A stretch of DNA of 16,016 bases, from contig JBGQGY010000090.1 in the NCBI GenBank assembly GCA_041497675.1, positions 1 through 16,016 on the forward strand, read 5' to 3'. Shown here piece after piece: positions 8,328 to 14,646 of the stretch. Within the stretch, counting starts at the first letter, position 1, and every line of letters begins with the position of its first letter. Under the pieces are notes generated by a model that saw nothing but the letters and a program-made list of their open reading frames with translations, was not told where the DNA came from and searched no databases. The position numbers were made by a program, and so were the translations under genes. The stretch is from a bacterium. GTDB taxonomy: Bacteria > Sysuimicrobiota > Sysuimicrobiia > Sysuimicrobiales > Humicultoraceae.

Positions 8328-8645
8328 ATGAACTGCTACGAGTGCGCGTTGGCCAACGAGACGGTTGCGGCCGTCGCGGTTTGCGGGCACTGCGGGGTTG
8401 GGCTCTGTCTCCAGCACTTGCGCAAGGCGCAGGTGTACCGTGTCGGTGGCACCCTTTACGGCTGCGAGCATCAGCTCGCCGAGGTTGGCCGACCGTGGCT
8501 CGGTGCGAATGCCGCTGAGCCGTCCGGTCGTAGATCGCTCGGCCCGAGGGAGCAGCGCTTCTCGCAAATTCCTGACAGGGGCAATCAACCGCTTTCTGAC
8601 TCCCGATCAAATCCGAGGGCAGACGGGCTCAAGATCGGTCGGTGA
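8328..8645 (+). CDS. Small Cys/His-rich protein, DUF2180-like
   Basis: Strong RBS (GGAGGGAGGAG) before ATG 8328. Pattern MNCYEC...AVAVCGHCGVGLC.QH...GCEH. The last ~37 codons run into repeat copy 2. Confidence 0.7.
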   Translation: MNCYECALANETVAAVAVCGHCGVGLCLQHLRKAQVYRVGGTLYGCEHQLAEVGRPWLGANAAEPSGRRSLGPREQRFSQIPDRGNQPLSDSRSNPRADGLKIGR

Positions 8646-8707
8646 ACTGATGACAGGGGCACCGCGACGTTAGTGTGTGAATGAGCGCATACAAGCATTA
8701 CCCTGGT
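8533..8707 (+). repeat. Direct repeat copy 2 (~175 bp), ending 1 bp before the arsR ATG
   Basis: Near-identical to 8103-8276. Carries the degenerate promoter/operator ATGACA...TAGTGT and GTGTGT-N8-GCATAC. Confidence 0.95.
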
Positions 8708-8708
8708 T

Positions 8709-9143
8709 ATGAGAGCGATCGTTGAGGCCTTTAAGGCTCTTTCCGACCCGACGCGGGTCAGGGTCATCGCCTTGCTCGCGGAGGTGCCGGACGGTGCCTG
8801 CGTATGCGAGCTCGTGGACGCCCTGCGGCTTCCTCAGTATCAGGTGTCCAGGCATCTGGCTGTGCTGCGCGCCGCGGCCCTGGTCGATACGCGTCGGAAA
8901 GGGACGTGGGTCTTCTACGGGATGCGGGCCGACCTGCCTGAGCCTGTTGCAGGTATCGTAGGCGCCGTTGGCGGGGGAACCCCGGATGAGGTCATGACTG
9001 AGGATCGCCGGCGGCTTCGCCAGCGGCTGCAACTGCGCGAGGATGGGGCCTGTGTGGTGGGATATGATCCAGTGCGATCGTTCCGAGAGATCATCCCGCT
9101 CCGACTGGTGCCCGCGACGAAAGGGAGGTCAAGCCGTGCCTGA
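8709..9143 (+). CDS. arsR: ArsR/SmtB family As(III)-responsive repressor
   Basis: FKALSDPTR.RV, metal-binding ACVCEL, VSRHLAVLR HTH, RKGTWVFY wing; heads the ars cluster. Confidence 0.9.
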   Translation: MRAIVEAFKALSDPTRVRVIALLAEVPDGACVCELVDALRLPQYQVSRHLAVLRAAALVDTRRKGTWVFYGMRADLPEPVAGIVGAVGGGTPDEVMTEDRRRLRQRLQLREDGACVVGYDPVRSFREIIPLRLVPATKGRSSRA

Positions 9144-9468
9144 CACCGACAAGGTTACCATTGAGGTCTTCGCCCCTCCGATGTGCTGCCGTGGGGGGGG
9201 TGCGGCCCGACGGTCGATCCGGCCCTGCTGGACATCAGCGAGACTCTGGTCCGCCTGAAGCGGCAGCACGACGGGCAGGTGGCGGTCGAGCGTTACATAC
9301 TGCTCCACCAGGCCGGCAAGTTTCATGCAGGCGGCGCCGGTGATGGCGATCCTGCGCTCACAGGGGGCGGGGACGCTGCCCATGACGTTGGTTCGGCGAC
9401 CGGATTGTCGCTATAGGGCGATACCCTCGTATCAAGAACCGGCGGACGCCGTGGCGGCGGGTCCGTAG
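9136..9468 (+). pseudogene. arsD: arsD arsenite metallochaperone pseudogene (about 4 frameshifts)
   Basis: RBS AAGGGAGG, GTG 9136. Segments in shifting frames: IEVFAPPMCC / CGPTVDPALL...VERY.L.HQ..KF / MQAAPVMAILRSQG..TLPMTLV / GDRIVAIGRYP / SYQE.ADAV..TAG, matching the ArsD pattern MCCxxGxCGPxVD...LP..LVDG.IV..GRYP. Confidence 0.85.
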
Positions 9469-9473
9469 CCAAT

Positions 9474-9700
9474 ATGGAGGATTGGATTGAGCGTTCCGCA
9501 AGATTCGAACCGTACTGGCCGGAGTTGAGTCAGTTCGTGCTCTTCTCCGGAAAGCGCAGAGTCGGGAAGACAACGATGGCCGTGGCGACAGCGTGCACCA
9601 CCGCAACGGGGCAGATGGTGGCTCTCAAGCAGACGCTGGCCGAACAATTCGGCATTCGCTACGTCACGATTCAGATGGAAGCGGTAAATTGCGGCAGGGG
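9474..9700 (+). pseudogene. arsA: arsA 5' stub fused in frame to the 3' tail of a CDF (CzcD/ZitB-like) transporter
   Basis: FVLFSGKRRVGKTTMAVATA is a degenerate ArsA Walker A (GKGGVGKT) directly after arsD, followed by LKQTLAEQFGIRYVTIQME..NC, resembling the CDF C-terminal FGI.H.TIQ.E motif. Confidence 0.7.
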
Positions 9701-9775
9701 ACGGTCGCGCGCGGGGGAACGGTGGCACGATGGACCTAGCTCACGTGTGCGCCTACTGGGAGGCAACGTTGTCCG

Positions 9776-10936
9776 ATGCGGAAGAAAACCACGGCTGACC
9801 TGGCTCCACGTCCCGAAGGTGCGAGTAAGTCGCGAGAGACGTTGCTTACCCCGATAGTAGCGGCGAGAAAGACCCTCGGTCCGTTCGAACGGTATCTGAG
9901 CATCTGGGTCGGCGCGTGCATGGTTGTCGGGGTCTTCCTGGGGAAACTGCTGCCCGCGCTCACCGATGGGCTCCGGCGGCTGGAGTTCGGTGCGGGCAGC
10001 CAGATCAACCTCCCGATCGCGGTCCTCATCTGGCTAATGATCATCCCGATGATGATGAAGGTCGACTTTGCCGCAATCCGGAACGTCGGCAGGCGGCCGC
10101 GAGGGCTGTTCGTGACCCTCTTTGTCAATTGGTTGGTCAAACCGTTCTCGATGGCGTTCATCGCGTGGCTCTTCTTCCGCCACATCTTCGCGGCTTGGAT
10201 CGCCCCCACTGAGGCGGACCAGTATATCGCCGGGGCCATCATCCTGGCCGCGGCACCCTGCACCGCCATGGTCTTTGTGTGGAGTTATCTCACGGACGGC
10301 GACCCCGGCTACACACTCATGCAGGTCTCCGTCAACGATCTCATCATGCTCGTTCTCTTCGCGCCCATCGTGCGATTTCTCGTCAGCGGTGCCTCTTCGC
10401 TCGAGGTCCCTTTGCGGGTGCTGCTGTACTCGGTCGGCATCTTTATCGTGATACCGCTGGTGCTGGGCGCCTGTCTCCGAAGCTGGTTCGTCCGGCGGCG
10501 CGGCGTGGTGTGGTTCACCGAGGCGCTGCTGCCCCGCTTTGCACCGGTCAGCATGATGGCATTGCTCGCCACGCTGGTCCTGATCTTCGCCTTCCAGGCC
10601 GACAATATCACGAGCAAGAGCCTCCACGTGATCTTGATCGCGATTCCCATTCTTATTCAAGTGTATTTCAACTCCTCGCTGACGTACGGCCTGATGAGGC
10701 TGTTCCGGGTTCAGCACGCGATTGCTGCGCCGGGCGCGTTGATCGGGGCAAGCAACTTCTTCGAGCTTGCGGTCGCAACAGCCATCGCCCTCTTCGGCCC
10801 CGGCTCGGGCGCCGCCCTGGCCACCGTCGTCGGCGTCCTGATTGAGGTTCCGGTGATGCTCTCAGTGTGCTCGGTGTGCAACCGCACCCGGCACTGGTTC
10901 CCGGCCGGTACCGGCGAGGCGGCAATCAGTCCTTGA
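9776..10936 (+). CDS. acr3: ACR3 family arsenite efflux transporter
   Basis: FERYLSIWV, NLPIAVLIWLMI.PMM, NWLVKPFSM, APCTAMVFVWS with the essential Cys, GASNFFELAVA, GVLIEVPVML. Exact start uncertain. Confidence 0.96.
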   Translation: MRKKTTADLAPRPEGASKSRETLLTPIVAARKTLGPFERYLSIWVGACMVVGVFLGKLLPALTDGLRRLEFGAGSQINLPIAVLIWLMIIPMMMKVDFAAIRNVGRRPRGLFVTLFVNWLVKPFSMAFIAWLFFRHIFAAWIAPTEADQYIAGAIILAAAPCTAMVFVWSYLTDGDPGYTLMQVSVNDLIMLVLFAPIVRFLVSGASSLEVPLRVLLYSVGIFIVIPLVLGACLRSWFVRRRGVVWFTEALLPRFAPVSMMALLATLVLIFAFQADNITSKSLHVILIAIPILIQVYFNSSLTYGLMRLFRVQHAIAAPGALIGASNFFELAVATAIALFGPGSGAALATVVGVLIEVPVMLSVCSVCNRTRHWFPAGTGEAAISP

Positions 10937-10974
10937 GGGAAAGGCCCGGCCTACGACGAACAAAATCCACCAAC

Positions 10975-11412
10975 GTGCAGAGGCAGCGGATCCTTTTCCT
11001 GTGCACCCATAATTCTGCCCGCTCACAGATGGCGGAAGGTCTGCTCCGGACCGCGGCCGGCGACCGCTTCGAGGTTCACAGCGCAGGGACGATCGCGACA
11101 TCCGTGCGACCGGAGGCCATCCGGGTGATGGCCGAACTCGGCATCGACATCACGGGCCACGAAAGCAAGACTGTCGACCGTTTCCTGAAGCAACCGTTCG
11201 ATTGGGTGATTACGGTCTGCGATGACGCGGCGGAAGCCTGTCCGATGTTTCCTGGCCCGGGACATCTGTTACATTGGTCGCTGCCCGATCCCGGCGCGGT
11301 CCAGGGCAAAGAGAATCAGCGGTTCGCGGTGTTTCGGGGGGTGCGGGATCGGTTGCGCCGGCTAATCACCGACTTCATCACCCAATACGGCAGTGGGACA
11401 TTCGTGCCGTGA
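10975..11412 (+). CDS. arsC: Thioredoxin-coupled arsenate reductase (LMW-PTP fold)
   Basis: ILFLCTHNSARSQMAEG P-loop, resolving pair VITVCDDAAEACP, HW.LPDP. Start GTG 10975, or TTG 10933 overlapping the acr3 stop. Confidence 0.93.
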   Translation: MQRQRILFLCTHNSARSQMAEGLLRTAAGDRFEVHSAGTIATSVRPEAIRVMAELGIDITGHESKTVDRFLKQPFDWVITVCDDAAEACPMFPGPGHLLHWSLPDPGAVQGKENQRFAVFRGVRDRLRRLITDFITQYGSGTFVP

Positions 11413-11590
11413 GCCATGGCCTCCTCGGGCCGCTGCGCCCTCGTCGTGGTCGGACCGATGAACGCCGCCCGGGTTTGCCGGGGAGGTATGAGCCTGTCCC
11501 CAGCGCAGTACGTGAAGGAAACTTGGAGAGTGAACAAACTCGACATGACTGGCGTATTGCTCCGAATTGCGGGGGAATCTCTCCGAGGCG

Positions 11591-12331
11591 CTAGTCGGTT
11601 GGGGACTCGCCTTCGGCCTGCGCCTCGGGGGGGGATGGTGGAGGCGCGAGCCCGCGTGCTTCCAGGTCCTCGAACTCCCCCGCGTGTTCGTGACGCAGCC
11701 GTTCCACGGGGATCCTACCAGTGAACATCGCCGGATCCATAGGGAAGATGTTCGGCCGGAAGTGCGCGTTGTAGAAGTGCCAGATGATCACGGCAAACAG
11801 CGCGAGAAGCGCTTCGCCGCCGTGCACAACCCGCGAGGCTGGAATGACGACCCCCGGAAGCCACCGGGTCACGATGATCGGGAACCACATGATCAGTCCG
11901 GTGGCGACCATCAGCGCCGTGCCCCACACGACCGCCCAGTACTCGAACTTCTGGCGGTAGTCGAACCGGCCGAAGCGGGGACGTTCGCGTCGACGGCCCG
12001 CCAGAAAGACGGCATCGTCGATCAGATCCCGCACGTCCGCACGTGAGAAGTGCATGTCGTGGCGCCGCACGGGCCGCTTCCGGCCGGCCACCACGGCTAC
12101 AAGGTGGTACAGCCCCTGTGCGATGAGAATCACCGCGAGCGTCCGGTGAATGCGCCGGGTGGTCTCGATCCCGCCGAACATAGCGATCAGCCGCCCGGCC
12201 CAGTCGGCAGCCGAGTACTTCTGCGGCAGACCCGTCAGCGCCAAGATGTTGAACGATAGCAGCAGCACAAAGTGCTCAACCCGCTGCGCCAGCGAGAACC
12301 GTTCGACCGTGGGCTCTCCCCGGCGCATCAT
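11591..12331 (-). CDS. Diheme cytochrome b, FdnI/CbcL membrane-domain type
   Basis: RFS..QRVEH...LALTGLP, RRIHR, RFDYRQKFEYWA..WG...M..TG..MWFP, VVHGGEALLA...IWHFYNAH, EH. ATG 12331 overlaps the upstream TGA (ATGA). Confidence 0.9.
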   Translation of the reverse strand: MMRRGEPTVERFSLAQRVEHFVLLLSFNILALTGLPQKYSAADWAGRLIAMFGGIETTRRIHRTLAVILIAQGLYHLVAVVAGRKRPVRRHDMHFSRADVRDLIDDAVFLAGRRRERPRFGRFDYRQKFEYWAVVWGTALMVATGLIMWFPIIVTRWLPGVVIPASRVVHGGEALLALFAVIIWHFYNAHFRPNIFPMDPAMFTGRIPVERLRHEHAGEFEDLEARGLAPPPSPPEAQAEGESPTD

Positions 12332-13209
12332 GCCCGCCCACCCCATCGGGTCACGGCCCAATGCCAGAGATCCAGCCCCGTCAGGACGACGAGCACACCG
12401 ACGACGCCCGGAATGAGGATGAGGTAGAACAGCTGCGCCAGGTAGACGAGCGTCGAGTGGCGCAGGCTCGGTATCCGATGCTCGGTCCAGGCCGTCGCGA
12501 AGAGCGGGCCGGCTTTGGCGTGGCACCGGCGGCAGGTGGTCAGGACATTGGCCGGCGCCACCGGCGATTCGGGATCCGCCACGCGCCTGACGGCGTGGGC
12601 GGTGTGGCAGTCGTAGCAGACCGCCGATGGCGACCGGACGGCGGGCGTGACCAGACGGTAGAGCCTCGTGGTCACACCGTGGAACTCTTCGACGTAGGCC
12701 TGGTAGACGGGACGTAGCCCGTACCGCCGCATCACCGCGTCGTCGGCGTGGCAGTTGCCGCAGGTCTCGGGGATGCTGTTACGGAAGGCTGCCGACTTGG
12801 GTTTGATGACTGCGTGGGTCGTGTGGCAGGACGTGCACAGCGGGACGTCGCCCAGGCCCATCCGCAGGCCCCGGCCGTGGACGCTCAGCTCATACATCTT
12901 GGACTGGTCCGCGTGACAGGTCGCGCAGACCTGCTGGGCCACGACTCGATAGGATCGGCGCGAGGTGGCCGTCCGGGCCGGATGAGGATACCCAGTGTGG
13001 GTCGTGTGACAGGTCGTGCAGGTGAAATCTTTGTGGACGGACGCCGCGAATTTCTTGGAATTGATCGTGACGTCCAGCGCTCCGTCAGGGAAGGTGATCG
13101 CGGTCCCTTCGACCTGATGACACGCCAGGCAGGCTTCGTTATCCTGTGCGACGGCTGGCTGTGGGGAACCGAGTATCCACGCGGCGACAAGCAGGATCAG
13201 CCAGTACAC
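12328..13209 (-). CDS. Heptaheme cytochrome c with C-terminal TM anchor (CbcL periplasmic-domain-like)
   Basis: Signal peptide (AVA|Q); seven CxxCH (CLACH, CTTCH, CATCH, CTSCH, CGNCH, CYDCH, CRRCH); C-terminal hydrophobic helix; translationally coupled to the cytochrome b. Confidence 0.92.
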   Translation of the reverse strand: MYWLILLVAAWILGSPQPAVAQDNEACLACHQVEGTAITFPDGALDVTINSKKFAASVHKDFTCTTCHTTHTGYPHPARTATSRRSYRVVAQQVCATCHADQSKMYELSVHGRGLRMGLGDVPLCTSCHTTHAVIKPKSAAFRNSIPETCGNCHADDAVMRRYGLRPVYQAYVEEFHGVTTRLYRLVTPAVRSPSAVCYDCHTAHAVRRVADPESPVAPANVLTTCRRCHAKAGPLFATAWTEHRIPSLRHSTLVYLAQLFYLILIPGVVGVLVVLTGLDLWHWAVTRWGGRA

Positions 13210-13289
13210 TCAGGCCCCCTTGCGGCAGGCGTCACGTCCAGGATAACGAACGTCACTGCCTCCGACAATAGGAACTCTGCCTGCGACGC

Positions 13290-13493
13290 CTACCGTCCGT
13301 ATAGGACGACGTAGGTTGCGTAGAGGCCGGCGCCGGTCAGGGTGCCGCCCAGCAGCATCGCCGCACTGTTGATGATCGCCCAGAAGGCGTTGCAACCGCG
13401 CAGCCGGCGGCCGCAATGCACCACCAGGAAGGTCCCCACGGCGACCAGCGACCAGAACACCAAGAACGCCAGCGCGATGCCGATCGGATGCAT
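13290..13493 (-). CDS. Small two-TM membrane protein, unknown function
   Basis: RBS GAGGGAGGG before the ATG; two hydrophobic helices separated by HCGRRLRGC; in operon orientation. Confidence 0.65.
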   Translation of the reverse strand: MHPIGIALAFLVFWSLVAVGTFLVVHCGRRLRGCNAFWAIINSAAMLLGGTLTGAGLYATYVVLYGR

Positions 13494-13506
13494 TGTCCAC
13501 CCTCCC

Positions 13507-13857
13507 TCAGGCCGCCTGATGAGTCAGGCTGCCTTCGATGACACTCACGAGCTCCCTGACGGTTGTCGCAGGAGCCCGCCGTCCCTCGAGCACAAGCACC
13601 GCTTCATCCGCGAGGTCCATGGCCACGACTTTGAGATGCGCCCCGCCACCCATCAGCCTCACCACGGCATCCGGATGCTGCTCCTCGGTCTCGCGGTCGA
13701 CCAGGATGACGTCGGGATGGTGCGCATCCACGCAGCGATACACAGCATCCGCCGATCTGGCAATCGCCACGACATCCAGATCTTCCCGATGCGCCAGGCT
13801 CCGCATGGCCCTGACGAAGACGGGTTGATTGGACCAGATCAATAGCCGGCAGCGCAT
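13507..13857 (-). CDS. Stand-alone degenerate receiver (REC)-like protein
   Basis: RBS GAGAGGAG, ATG 13857. RLLIWSNQPVF...LDVVAIA...HPDVILVD is a REC-like pattern, but the acidic DD pair is missing and there is no output domain. Confidence 0.7.
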   Translation of the reverse strand: MRCRLLIWSNQPVFVRAMRSLAHREDLDVVAIARSADAVYRCVDAHHPDVILVDRETEEQHPDAVVRLMGGGAHLKVVAMDLADEAVLVLEGRRAPATTVRELVSVIEGSLTHQAA

Positions 13858-13953
13858 CGTTGGTCTCCTCTCAATCTCGACGATAGACCAGTGTGCCGGT
13901 GTATCCAATCGCTGCTTGGAGCCATGCGGGGGAGGAAGTTTGGGGCGCGCCTC

Positions 13954-13969
13954 TAGTTCCTTCGGACTA
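13954..13969. promoter_or_regulatory. Imperfect palindrome, candidate NarL-family operator
   Basis: TAGTTCCTTCGGACTA overlaps the regulator's stop codon, ~100 bp upstream of the REC/cytochrome genes. Confidence 0.4.
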
Positions 13970-14617
13970 CGACTCTGGTGGGGTGATGATACCTTCCCGG
14001 AGGGCGTACATGACCGCCTGGACACGATTCTGCAGGTGGAGTTTTTCGAGGATGTTCCGCAGGTGGTTCTTCACGGTATTTTCAGAGATCTGGAGGTGCC
14101 GCGCGATCTCTTTGTTGGCGTCTCCCCGAGCCACGAGCTCGAGCACCTGCCGCTCGCGGGCCGTGAGCGTCGGGCCCGGTCGCGGCGTGGGGTTGGCAAA
14201 TTCGTGAAGGATCTTGGCCGCCATGGGCGGCGCAAGGGGAGCCTCGCCGCGCTGGACCTGTTGGAGGCAGGCGATCAGATCGTCGGGGTCAATGTTCTTG
14301 AGCAGGTAGCCCTGCGCTCCGCCCTTGACGGCGGCAAAGAGATCCTCCTCGCTCTCAGAGACCGTCAGGATCACAATACGCACGTGTGGCATTTCCTCTT
14401 TGATCCGGCGGGTGGCTTCGAGGCCGCCGATGCCCGGCATCCGGACGTCCATGAGAATGACGTCCGGCATCAATTCCCGAGCCCTGTCGATCACCTGCTG
14501 GCCGTCGCCGGCCTCCCCGACGACCTCGATATCATCTCGGCCGGCCAACAGCCCGGCCAGGCCCCGGCGGAAGAGCACGTGGTCGTCGGCCAGCAGCACA
14601 CGGATCTTCTCGGTCAC
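13967..14617 (-). CDS. NarL/FixJ family response regulator (REC + LuxR HTH)
   Basis: VLLADDH..FRRGL, DVILMDVRMP, GYLLK, LTAREREQ-like LT.RE.QVL..VA.G..NKEIA..L.ISE.TVKNH..NILEKL. RBS GAGGAGGAG. Confidence 0.96.
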   Translation of the reverse strand: MTEKIRVLLADDHVLFRRGLAGLLAGRDDIEVVGEAGDGQQVIDRARELMPDVILMDVRMPGIGGLEATRRIKEEMPHVRIVILTVSESEEDLFAAVKGGAQGYLLKNIDPDDLIACLQQVQRGEAPLAPPMAAKILHEFANPTPRPGPTLTARERQVLELVARGDANKEIARHLQISENTVKNHLRNILEKLHLQNRVQAVMYALREGIITPPES

Positions 14618-14646
14618 TGCTCCTCCTCACGCACCGCAAATCTCGC

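Noticed and set aside
7989..8588. 199-aa minus-strand ORF and other ORFs across the intergenic/repeat region
   Set aside because: They run through the promoter and repeats, antisense to the DUF2180-like gene, and show no protein-like motifs.
8103..8707. CRISPR array or complete IS element
   Set aside because: Only two long repeats, no regular short repeat-spacer pattern, and no cas or transposase ORF.
9193..9200. G8 tract as a phase-variation switch for arsD
   Set aside because: Further downstream frameshifts and loss of arsA mean slippage here could not restore function.
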